A stretch of 64,000 bases of DNA from Tubiluchus corallicola (lineage: Eukaryota; Animalia; Priapulida): the NCBI GenBank assembly GCA_030141605.1, contig JAQGDQ010000023.1, positions 496,001 to 560,000 on the forward strand. Direction: 5' to 3'. The position numbers and the translations under genes are program-made. Below are positions 13,201 through 25,907 of the stretch, piece by piece (the stretch's first letter is position 1; the number at the start of each line of letters is the position of its first letter). The notes beneath the pieces were generated by a model, which saw only the letters and a program-made list of their open reading frames with translations, was not told the origin of the DNA and did no database searches.

Positions 13201-15520
13201 ATTTCGTGCCAACAACCACTATGCTCTACGTGACCTACGAGACTTTCATTTCTCCATTTGCCATTAAAAGTAGATTGTTCGGCTTATGTGGAGTTCATAC
13301 TAAATCAGTATACCCCAATTATAATGATGATCGAAGTAATGAGATTTCAACAAATAGATTCATCCCCAATTTTTCACATTTAAAAGCTGATTTGTCTTCT
13401 AGGAATATTATTGATGTCCCTTCATGTAGCTGCAACAATTCCACAGCAATTGTTTTTTTTTGAGTGTTCAAACTGTGACATACACAGAACACTATTATTG
13501 GACCAGCTCTATTACCACCGGCACGTAACTCAAGAATTACATGCCAATCCTAAACCTACTATTATTTGCAACGACATTTTTTATAAACTCACACCATCCA
13601 TCCATTGGCATTCTCTTCAAATTGTTGCAGAACTACATAAAGTTTGCTAAACGTTTTGCTAATTGTACGTGGACGTGACGTCTAACATATTTATCTGTCG
13701 CTCCGCCTCCGCTGTGACGTAAGCACGTTCAGCGGTATTCGGGACAACAGATCACGCTGGACAACAACTATACAGACTAAATTAAACTGAACTAAACAAC
13801 ATTACAGTCACAATTAATGTAATTAATGACAGTCACAGTCACAGATAAACTGATTGCAATTTTTCATAAACACAAATTTGAAGAACAGCAACTTTTTTAC
13901 ACGAAATTAACGCAAGTAACCAAAAAATAACTTTTCAATTGAAACAGGATATAGAGACGAGGTTTCAAAGGACTACAAAATACAGTGACATAAGTATAAT
14001 AAAGAAACTAAGCCAGTTACCCTTGCTTTAAAATAAATGAGCAATAAAAATTTTAAGTCTCTCTTGCCTTTGAACATACGAACATCATGCCAGCGATGTA
14101 TTTTTTCTATATTAAAGTGATCATGTGCGCGTCTGCAAGATTTATTCAGTTTTTGTATTTTTCCGTTTGTTAGGCAACGGAAATTTGATTGTCAAATTCA
14201 TAGACGACTCTTATATTGAATGCCCGAGTTACATAAGTCCCAATGGCATGTTTTAACCATTATTAGAACCAGAAAAATAGCGTAAAATTAACTAATATTA
14301 CATTGATGTATAATATAAGTTTGGATCACATTTGAATTAATTTTGATTGTGAAGATCTCACTGAAGTTTATAAAAACTAGACAGAAAAGAAAATATTTTG
14401 CCTAAAGAATTCTGAAAACGTTTTACCTAAATAACCTAAATGGGGGGTTCCTACGAATGTGCTGGCTTACTCATAATCATGACAATTGTTACTGATTCCC
14501 CTGGAGTTCAGCTCTGCGGCTAGGTCTCAACTATTGCCGACCTAGGCCGTCTAGCTTATTTTCTACAAAGCTGCGCAAACCTATTTAGAAGTGCGCAGGC
14601 TGGAACTTTTACATGTACGTACCTTTTAATCATTTATACTTGCCCATTCGAGCTTCAATGATCTAAAGTTATAAATTTATTCTCAACGGGTGTTCGCGAA
14701 TATTAATGCAGCGTAATATAACCAGCCTAACCTCGTTAGGTTAATTTGTCCTTATTTAAAGTTAATGAAACAGTTATTTTTATCTAACTTGCAAAGCCAT
14801 AAACTAAACTAAACTGCGTATTTTCTTCATAGCAAAATGGTTTAATCAGCAACTCATAGACGTAAGCGCTGCCCATTTCTTCGCAATTAGACTATATTTC
14901 CACTATATAAATTCACCTGCAATTTCAATCGACAATACAGACAATTAACAACCTGTAATAAAATCTAAAACCAAGCTGTTTTCTCTCCCGCAAACTAATG
15001 AAAAGTTGAACATTTTTCATAACATATACCGACAATAGATAGTTACAGCTCATGTCCCGAAAGATGAACCGGTTCTGTGGGCCTTTGAAAAATATGCACG
15101 CTGATTGGACAGTCAGCAGAGCTTGACTGAGACTCTATGACATCTCGTTTGACGTTAATTGTATATTGAACTGTAACTTGAATTGTTTTGAATTTTGGAC
15201 GCTTGAAATAAATACCAGTTATCGATCACTGTCACACTTTTGTATAACTAGTAAGATAATGTACAATTTGTACATTAATAATTGTTTCTGGTACCGCTTC
15301 TGCACTCTGTGGGCTTTGTCGATTTCAATTTTAAGTATTAACTAATGAATTACCCATATTTTTGAACTAACTATCTATGTAATTATATTCTTGAAGTAGC
15401 CAGTTGTATATTATCTGTCCTCAACTAAAATGCATTTGTTGCACATAGTGGAAATACTCCGATTACTGTATGTTAATCCACTTAAAATAAATAAAGTTTA
15501 TATATATATATATATTTAAT

Positions 15521-16200
15521 AGTAAAAAACTATTAAAGCAATTCCTCAACATGCCAGCAAAATTTCCATATGGTTTTTAGTTTTAGTATTGTGTTCAACT
15601 GTACAAACAATAACTAAAAATGGCTTTACATATTGCCAGCACTACTTATGTAATGTTATGTACATTGAATTGTGTGTGGTTTAAAAACATAACTGGATTT
15701 ATTTTAGAAATGTTTACTACATGGCAACTGATTGAGGTTTAAGAAATATAAATGGATTTACACTAAAATGTTGGCCAGTTGAACAATTCGACTGTACTAC
15801 AACCGCAGTATAATTCGAATAGTTACAGTAATAAAATAACCAGGCCTCAATTCTTCACTTAATGAACTTCAGACGAATCTTGGAAACGCTCTTCAAACTG
15901 TAATTTCATATTCTTTCCTAAGATTTTGTTCCGTTTGCTCCATCGTTATTATGGCGGGCGACTCTCTGCGAATGAGAAGACCCGTTTCTTTGATGGGTCT
16001 AGATTTCAGGGCGTAGTTAAGTACCAAGCGATAATTATCTTTCTGGTGTCTGCTACTTGAGGCGGATCCAAAAGTAAAAAACTATTAAAGGAATTCCTCA
16101 ACATGCCAGCAAGATTTCCATTTGGTTTTTAGTTTTAGTAATGTGTTCAACTGTACAAACAATAACTAAAAATGGCTTTACATATTGCCAACACTACTTA
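15521..16200. repeat. 128-bp direct repeat pair (15521-15648 and 16073-16200)
   Basis: agtaaaaaactattaaag...tattgccagcactactta duplicated with only a few substitutions. Confidence 0.9.
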
Positions 16201-16807
16201 ATAGCAATCTAGTATACACACTGATGACAGTGTTCCCCAAGTTCAGTTACACAAATGGTGGTATTCCACACTTAAGAGTGCAACGTTAGAGACTCTGTTT
16301 AGTCAACGAAAGATACAATCTACAGAAAACGTTTTCACAAACCGAAAAAATATTTGAAAATAGCTACTGACCAGTTTTTCAGCAAGCGCGCTGTAATACG
16401 AGTAGGTTATATAATAATTGAACGCGAATAACAAAAAATATGACGAACCAGTAATGTAATGAGTCACACTTAAACCGCCATTTTCCACTAATTTTGCAAA
16501 GCTGAAAAAATCGGCCAGGTTGTGGATATGAATACAGCACGTTCTTCCTCAACTATGTTAATAGCCAGAATCAGAATGGCGACACAAACTTCTCAAAGCG
16601 AGTATTGATCCTGAAGTCACCCATCCGTGTACTGATTAATCGCGGTGTTGATTAATTTTGATTCTCCACAAATTATATTAAAATTTGAATTGTCACTCAC
16701 TCGAAGGACAAACAAGACTATTTTTCATTTTGGGGGAGAGCAATTAGAAAAAATACGAAATGTTACGTTCGGTGTAACCAATCCAAGTCCATACAAAGGA
16801 AGAAAAA

Positions 16808-17011
<204 letters not shown>

Positions 17012-17199
17012 CACCATTTTATTCGTATAATATTACTGTACAGTAATACATACATCATTTACGTAATAGTTAACAAATAAGCAAGAATGGTTAATTGGTT
17101 AGTGATTACAATATTTACAGCGTACATAAATAATTTAAAATTTCTGTTAGCTTGTAATTAGACAAAAGAATATAGCATAATTTGTCTAAGCAATCCAAA

Positions 17200-18130
17200 A
17201 TGTCCAATATGATATATGCACGATTGCTATGTCTTGTTCACTTAAACGATTTTCAATAAACTTTTTATAAACAAGTAATTTAGCCTTTACACAGTTGTTA
17301 ATTAAGTCTTCTTCCTTAATATTACACTCATAATTTAGAAAACTTCCAATAACAGTTGCAAACGGAAATTTTCGAGTTATTTACAATGCACGATACTAAC
17401 TGGTTGCTATTACTACGAAGTTTAGCAGAAAATTTCATAAACCTGTTAATGATATGCCTTTTTGATGGGTTTAGGGTATTAATTGCTGGCAATAATCAAG
17501 TGTGTGTTGTATCTGCCAGCCCAGGTAGCTTTCCTATAGCAATAGTCCAGGCAGTGTCTAAAGTATACAGTGCAGGTGCTGTTAATTACCGTAGTGATGA
17601 GCGTAAAATGAGCAACAATCCCATTTTCATAATTCTATTGAGATCGTGAAAATCGGCTATAAGTCTGTTTAACTTGACCAATGAACTTGCTGTTTCTTTG
17701 ACCTTACGTTGTCTTCACAAAATAGATTTTCACTAATAATTAGCTCTATGTGAAATATCTGCTTTGCCCAGGTTAGAGGCTATCCGCTTAAATACACAGT
17801 AGGATATGTAGATGGATATGACAATTTACCTGCACATGCTTTTGATTTTTCTGCCTTGCGTGTTTAAAAAATTTAGGCTATATTCACGACCATAGTTTTC
17901 ACATAATCTACTACAACTTTTATAAGCTTTTTAATGATTGAGCCAGTACAATGAAATCATCTAGCCCAACGCACCTGCAAATATATTTCCTCTATAACAA
18001 CCAACTCCACAATTACGCAGTCTTATTAACAGTTCCTCTAGATATATGGTAAACAATATAAGTGACAGTACTGCTCCCTGCCGGAGCAAATGTCGCAACG
18101 AAATAAAATTGAAACCAGAATTTGCACGCA
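17200..18130 (-). mobile_element. Decayed non-LTR retrotransposon RT fragment (RTE/RTEX-like)
   Basis: Minus strand LRQGAVLSLILFTIYLEELLIRLRNCGVGCYRGNIFAGALG followed by a disrupted YADD region; left boundary approximate. Confidence 0.75.
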
Positions 18131-18807
18131 AATTTACTTCTAAATTAGCTATATATTATGACAAGTAACTTAATTTTATACTAATTAAACAATTATGAAA
18201 ATAAAGAGATACTTAATCAAAAAAAGGTTTACTAGTATAGTTAACGATATTAACTGATATTTCGGGAAACCTTTGATCCCTTCATCCGTTACATAAAGTT
18301 AAACACCTAGAATTCTAGGATGTCATTTAAACACAAAAACTTTTTGAAACCTCTACCTTTTTATGAGTATTATCTATTGCATCATTATACTTTGTTGAAA
18401 ATTTGATAAGTTTCAGTTATAACTGACTTTTACGCGTAAAAATAAAACAAGCTAAGCCAGGGCCAATTATGGAAATTGTCGTTCACTCGGATACTTATCA
18501 CACCAAGCGTTCTTTAGCTGTGAAACATCTCGATATTTTAGATGTTGAAATCTTGAGAATTTATTAAGTTTGATAGGATCCAGTTAAACAAACGTGAATG
18601 TTTATAAATATCCACTTTACCGCGTTAGAGGCTTAGAGAACGTCAGCAATAGCACGTTCGTGCTGTTAGAGCATTTATTTTTGCACTTTCTTCTCTTTAT
18701 AGGAACCTTGGCTGATATAAATATCACGAGAAACAAATAACTACGTTAATGCGAACATCGGTGGCTCGATCAAGCACAAAAGAATTTTATTAGCTTTGCT
18801 GTGTGCT

Positions 18808-18864
<57 letters not shown>

Positions 18865-18894
18865 TCATCATCATCATCATTATTACTACTACTT

Positions 18895-18975
<81 letters not shown>

Positions 18976-18976
18976 T
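18808..18976. repeat. Compound (ATC)n-(ACT)n microsatellite
   Basis: Direct observation. Confidence 0.98.
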
Positions 18977-19985
18977 AAATCTTTTATTTAGAACGTATGA
19001 CAATGCGATGCATATACAATAATTATGAAAACAAAGCCCTCTCTAATTTTACTATGTAATAAGAACAATAGTCCACTAAAATAAACGCAACTAGGATGCA
19101 AATGCATACATAAAGAGTCGAAAATTCATGCTGCTTATAGCTCTTTATAAGTAAGTACTGAAATTGTTTTTTCGTTGTTGCATTAATTTGTGCATCATAA
19201 TTTTTTGTGCAGCTATATACACAATAAACTACACACAAAGTTCACTGAACTAGCTCGATTAATGGTTTGATATAGCAGGGGTGACTAACATCTGTCTCTA
19301 TTCCGTAACATCTTGATGTTTCGTGGAGCACCCTTGTAAGCAAAAAGGCCCCATCAAAAGAAAGGGGATTGGAGCACCCAGATTTCCCTACCCTACTTGC
19401 ATAGTAACTCCATAAAAAGGTGGCTTCACCGTGATTTTGGTCATTTTCATACTTGTTCTTCGTGTATAAAAGTTTTTATATGTTTTTAATATTGTGGCGT
19501 CACAATGGAGTTATCCTATTCTAAATTTTTACGAGAAAACAGACTCGTGACAATAGAAAATTTTTTGATGTTTTAAAAGAGATACTCCTGAAAAAGCAGA
19601 TTTATGACAGTGGTAAAAATGCCGTTCTAACCCAGGCAGTTGAACTCAATAAGCGAGTAACTAAATGCTTCGCAATCTCGACTAGTTTAACTTTACCCAG
19701 CTCTTCGTTTAGTGTTAATTGAATTTAAGATCGAAGTTAGTACGTAATAGTAAGTACAACCAAGTTCATTTTCCATTTGCAAACGACGAGGAATTTTGTG
19801 AGATTCCTATAACATCCCCGTAGCAATCGAATTCGTTTACCATCTCCACAAAACCCCATTAATGCGGGATATTTAGATCAACTGCAAGACGATCGGTGTA
19901 CAGGTCACACTATTTCCATGTTAGCGCCAACTAAGTAATCTTGTACAGCATTTCTTACGCCATTAACATTATTTTATTCACCGTG

Positions 19986-20278
19986 AATAAAAACACCGAT
20001 AATAATGCCTTTTTAACCATATTTATAGGTAATATTTACATATTACGCTAAAAAATTAAGTAAACGTTTCCAAATCAACCGATTTCATCGTCCGTAAGTG
20101 AAATGATCTTCAATAGCTCTTCCTAACAATGAAATCGGTTTCTTTCGAAATGTTTTCATTATTTGTTAGTATAAATACGTGAAATCGGTTGATTTCGAAC
20201 GTTTACTTTATTTTTTAGGGTAAGTATGTAAATATTACCTTTAAATATGTTGCAGATATCATCGCAGGTGTTTTTATT
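19986..20278. mobile_element. MITE-like long inverted repeat
   Basis: Left arm aataaaaacacc...aggtaatatttacata...aaatcaaccgatttca pairs with right arm tgaaatcggttgattt...tatgtaaatattacct...ggtgtttttatt. Confidence 0.75.
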
Positions 20279-20469
20279 TATTATCAAACCTTTTCAAAAT
20301 AATTAATCTTTATTTTACTCAGTCAAATTTTTGTTTTTTATTTTCTTTAGTAATAATTTTTTTATTTTTTTAGTATTAGTTTTACTCAACTTTTAGTTTA
20401 GTATGGTTCGAAATGCATGCGCATAATTAGTTTACTGTATAATTATGTTTAAATTGTAATTTCAGTTTT

Positions 20470-20938
20470 AATAGTACACTAACTTTTAACATTTTCGCTG
20501 GATGTACCTAGAAAAGGATACCTGGGAGTGAAAATCATCGGACAATGTCCAAGTTGTTGGTGGATGAACACAGGATATAGCAAGCTGACCAAGCAAGGCA
20601 AGGGCAGCGTATTAAATACTTGGCAAGATCTGACGAGCAAAAAAGATTTGTGCGAGAAAGAAAATGAAGCTATTGAAATGGCTGACTGTCGCGGTACAAT
20701 TGCATGAAAGCGAGGTATGGAAGATGACAAGAAGCGAATAAGTTAGATTAAGTAGGCAGCGGAAGACAGGAGGGCGAAGGGAAGACCGTAAATGACATGG
20801 AGAAAGAGAGTGGGAACACAAAGGAGTTGCATGAGATGGGAGAAGCCAAAGCAGTTGCAAAGGCAGGAAGGATTGGATTGGAAAGAAAGAGGGTAGACCT
20901 TATGCGTCTCATAGCGTGGAGAGCTATTTAAGTAAGTG
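20470..20938 (+). mobile_element. 3' end of a decayed RTE-clade LINE
   Basis: Purine-rich remnant with GRRGRP.MTWR-like and W..RV.L motifs ending in a taagtaagt tail, as in RTE 3' ends. Confidence 0.6.
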
Positions 20939-21159
20939 ATTTTTAATTGTATCTAACAGAAGCGCAGCATACATGGCTTTACCGCTCTAATGCTTAAACT
21001 GTTACCTGTTTAGGACATTACATTTGTTCTATACTTAGATAAAGTTAAAATGACAAGATGCATCATTTCAACTAAGCGGGGCCATTACATTAATAGCTAC
21101 TGTTTTAGTTTATTTAAATTTTTCAACTGGCTCGTTCTAAATCGGGCTTTTAACCGTCA

Positions 21160-23610
21160 ACAATGTTAGAAAGTCACTATAGTCATTTATTTCACCATAC
21201 ACATTTACAGGTTACATATACAATATCAGTGAAAGGGCCTACAATGGATATAATACAAATAAAAAATACTGCACAGAAAAGCCTCAAGCACTATTTACTT
21301 ATACACGAATGTAAATGTGTTGTGGGCAATCAAAAAGCAGGGCTTGTTTGATTGTCCCACACAGTGATAGAGAAAAAGAAAGTAATGGAGATAATCTGAA
21401 AATTTAAAGTGAATCGTGATAAAAAAAAACGTTAGTGCTTAAAATGGAATGATGTAATGAATGAAACTCATATATGGAATGATATAAAAGATAGAAAGAC
21501 TATTATTTTTTAATAGTATGTAAAATTAAAATAACTTGATTAAGTTAACACCACTGTTTTGCAACTACTGTGAGGATGGATACAGATAGAAATTTTAATT
21601 GCTCACTGATACTTACTTAAAATTTGATTTTTTAGCATTATTTTAAATCTAGTAATAGATCTGCTATTTTTTGCAGATTGACAAATCTCATTCCAGACTT
21701 TTGGTCCTTGATATATTATAAAATGTTTAGCTATGTTGGTTCTACAGAAAGGCACAATGTATTGATTAAATCTTGTATTATGTCTCTTAGATGTCAATTT
21801 GACAGGAATTGCAAAAAACTTAGGAAATAGTCTATAATTGCATTTATACATGAATACTGCAATATTCAATTTGATTAAATCATCTAATTGCATAATTCTA
21901 CATTCACGGTAAAGAAGTAAAGGTACTTCACTACGTTTCATTAGGCCATACATTAACCTTAAAAATTTTCGTTGCAACGTTTTTAAGCATATTAGTTTAG
22001 ATGGATATGTGGGGCCCCAAATAATGCTGCAGTAATTGAGATAAGGTAAAACCAGACTATTATACAAGATTAGTAAGTGTTCTTTCGAAAGACTGTGTTT
22101 AATGTGAGTAATGATGCCTATATTTTTAGCAATTTTAAGTCTGATGTAAGAGATATGTGATTGCCAGTCTAAGTGTTCATGTATGACAATACCTAAGAAT
22201 TTAATCTGTTTTACTTGTTGAATATAACTATTTTCAATTTGTAATGTCAAATTTGGCATTCTCTTGTTTCTTGATCTAAAAACTACAAATTTAGTTTTGG
22301 AAGCATTTAGTGATAATTTATTACTCCTAAACCAGTTTGATATTTGCTGCAATTCATTGTTTATTTCAGCTTCATTAACAGTATTGTATTATTTAAATAT
22401 TAAACTGGTGTCATCAGCAAACTGCAGGATTTTTCCATTATTAATACAATGTTTTATATCATTAATGTACACAAGAAACAAGAGTGGGCCAAGTATCGAC
22501 CCTTGTGGAACACCACAAGATATTAATTTTGAGTTAGATATATAGTTATTATACTTTACTGCTTGTAACCTGCCAGATAGGTAACTTACAAACCAATTAT
22601 TCGCAACACCTCTTATTCCATAGTGGTATAATTTGTTAATTAAAATTTTATGATCAACAGTGCCAAAAGCTTTTGATAGATCACAGAAAATACTCACAGA
22701 TAAATTATTATCTTCAATATCTCTGATTATGTTGGTCAGCATATCAATTAAAGCCATTTCTGTAGTACTGCCTTGTTTATGTAAATAATCTGTAAGTTGC
22801 AAAGACACACATTTCTCAATAATTTTCGAAAAACATGGCAGTAACGAAATGGGCCTATAATTATTTATAAAGTGTGGATCATCAGCTTTATGAATAGGAA
22901 CTATTATGGACTGCTTTAGCTTATTAGGGACAATTCCAGAGGTAAGTGATAAATTAATAATATGGGTTAAAGGTATGGCAATATATTCAATAATATCAAG
23001 CATTATTCTGGGAGAGAGCTGATCAATACCGGTACTTTTATTTGGGTGGAATGACTTGCAGTAACATCTTTAGTTACAGGTTGAAAGAAGAAGGAATGTG
23101 GGTAATTTCCTTTAAGATAAGAATTTGGGTCAGTATTTGTAGGTTCAATGTTGTTTGATAATAAAGGGCCAATGTTTACAAAGTAGTCATTAAAAGCATT
23201 AGCAATTATATTTTTGTCATTAGTTAAATGGTCATTTACTTTTATAGAAGCAGGCAAGGATTCACGAGATTTATGCATCAATTCCTTCATTACATTCCAG
23301 GTTTTTTTTATATTATTTTGATAAGTTAGTAATTTCTGTTGATAATAGTTTTGCTTAGAAATTTTTATCAAATTAGTAAGTTGATTTCTGTACTGTGTAC
23401 ATTGTTCCTTGTTGATTTTGTTTTTAAGCACAGATCGATAAAGTTTGTTTTTATGTTGAATGCTTTTTAACATAGCTTTAGTTACCCAAGGTTTTTTATT
23501 TTAGGTAGTAATTGGTCAGCTGAAGTTTTAACATGAGTATGGTAAATATTGCTTAACATTTCGTGAAATTTTTCATATGCTGAATCACTTTGCATTATGT
23601 GCACATCTGA
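21160..23610 (-). mobile_element. 5'-truncated L2/Crack/CR1-group LINE (ORF2 RT pseudogene plus 3' UTR)
   Basis: ORFs 23003..23473, 22389..23003, 21603..22352 contain NYRPISLL, DLSKAF, GVPQGSILGPLLFLVYIND, FADDT, KFLG, LNYCSIIWG; frameshifts and internal deletions (QYGFR block missing); 3' UTR stem-loop at 21323-21360. Confidence 0.95.
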
Positions 23611-24051
23611 AAGTTATAGGAAGGCTAGCACACTCGCTGGAGCGTGTATGCAATTTAGCGTGCCGTATTGCTCAATTTAGAGTTATGAAATGGGCGTAAA
23701 TGGGCCTAAGACGGTGATTATACCTAAATCTAAAGTGTCCCGAACTATATGTGCTCAGAGATAAATCTGTAAGCTAAGACGTTCATACCATGGTTTGGGT
23801 ATCAACGTTTTCTTTTTTCAGAAAATGAATTATAGTTTATTAATGAAGAAAGTTTTTGACAAAAAATCGAGAAAAACCTGATTCAAAGCTATGTGCAATC
23901 ATTAACCTATCTGCTAAGTGCTAATAGTAACTGTGAAAATAGTAACGACCTTATATTATTTTGGGGAGCCGCAGTCTACGTCATGACGTGGCGTAGTGAA
24001 TGCGTTTTATTACAACTTTTGCGCCAGTCAAGGAACACTTTTTTGCAGTGA

Positions 24052-24064
24052 GTTGCTAGGGAAC
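24052..24064 (+). promoter_or_regulatory. Putative RFX X-box at the TCTE1 promoter / first non-coding exon
   Basis: GTTGCTAGGGAAC fits the RFX inverted half-site pattern; a donor-like site ac|gtaaga follows at 24187/24188; downstream gene is ciliary. Confidence 0.6.
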
Positions 24065-25907
24065 AGCGACAGCGTTTTGGTCCAGATTGCAGAGCCTTGT
24101 TCGAACATTAGAGATTTGCATTAATAGTTAACTCAGACTTTGGCGAGTTTTTTGTGCATTAGAGCTTGATATAGATAATAAACAGACGTAAGATCTAAAT
24201 TGAAGATTTTTTTGTGTAAAGTTAATTTTTTTGTAAAAGTTAATTTTTAGTAAAGCCTAAGGTAACAAACGAAAGGTACTAAAATTAGAGTAACATATAA
24301 ATAAGCTTTATTTTGATATCTTATTGCCAAATAACAAAGTGAAATTTGTCAACGAGCATCAAGTCCTAAAACAGACTAACAAAACAAGATAAAAGCTAAG
24401 AAAATTCGATAATAATAGATTTCTCTTATGGCGTTGTAATTATGTATGCACTGTTCTAGACTAGAGTCTAGATCTCTCAAGACTCTGACTGTTTGAAGGA
24501 ATCAAAAAGTGTAAATGATTGTTCCTTCTGCACATACTGCATAGACTAATAGTAATAAAATTCATATACTGGTTGATATAATAAAATGTTTGATGTTAAA
24601 TAACGTGTTTACAGTAAATTATGCTGAAAGTCAAAACCACTTGTGGTACCGATGCATCACTCAGTACATGTGTTGACAAATCTTTTGATGTTGGGAGAAA
24701 CTAAGCAATGTTATGTATAACTATAATTAATGAAAAAATGATTACTCAGACAGACACCGAAACAAGTCAAACAGAAATCCTAAGAATGTTCCCAAACCAA
24801 AATAAAATACAAAAAATTTAACAAAATTGTTCTTTTTCCTTCAGAGTCTGTCAAAAATGTTTACATATTTTTTTAATTTATGCTGTAGAGTTTCTTGTAT
24901 TCTATTTTGCATTTATTTTCTCAAGCTGTCTGTAGTTAATTGGTGGTAAGTGTAAAGCAAAGTAGTGGCCAGTGCGTTGGAAGAAACATACATGCATTAC
25001 ATTGGAAATTTGACATCATCCCTGACTGTGAAAACTTTAATATCAAAAAGTTAATTGTCTGAAGTTTGCTAAGGGTAATATCAAGCTTTTGGTTGCTGAG
25101 GTAAAAAATGCCTGCAATGTAGCTGTTTGATAGGCATCCTATAATATGACTCACTCCATAATATATGTGCTTGCATAGCAAATCGTTCATAAGTTGACAG
25201 TTAAGCTTTTCTAGTTATATACATATCCTGAATCTCTCTTTCGTGAGGATCATTTTGATACTAAGCTCATCACTCTATGTTATTTTTAAGCTGCTCAGAT
25301 AATCCACATTGAAGTTGAATTGCATGCTGCACAATGAAAAACAAAACATCTTGCAAATCCCTGTTAAAGTTAGCCATTTCTGCAAAACACTTAGCAACTG
25401 TATGAAAGTGTGGTCATTATGGAGTTTACAAGAGCATCTGGAAATTATGTTTAAATCCAGTAGATGACCCTTCCTGATGAAGATCTGGGCTTGGCAGCAG
25501 GAAAAACCCGAAGCAAAATCACTGCTTCCACGAGCTATTATCGGAGTTTTAAAATACCAGTTTTTTATTATTGCAGTACTAGTTTCTAGCCAGAAAAGTG
25601 GGTATGGGGTTATAAAATTAGATTTTTACTTTAGTATTTGGTGAACATTTTCTTGTAATTTGATGCTAGAATATAAAAGACCAATATGTTTAGTGTTGTT
25701 TTTAATTGACATTTGACCAAATTTTTAATGCATTCTACTTTGAAGCATCATAACGTCGACTTTTAAGCATGTCGACTTATGGGTGGTTTTGTTTTGCAAG
25801 CACACATATACTAACTATGATTGAATTGTGCAGGGAATTTGTGGACTCAGCATGTGTATAATAATACTTATGTTTTATGTACAGGTTCAGGCTTATTGCT
25901 GTAATCA

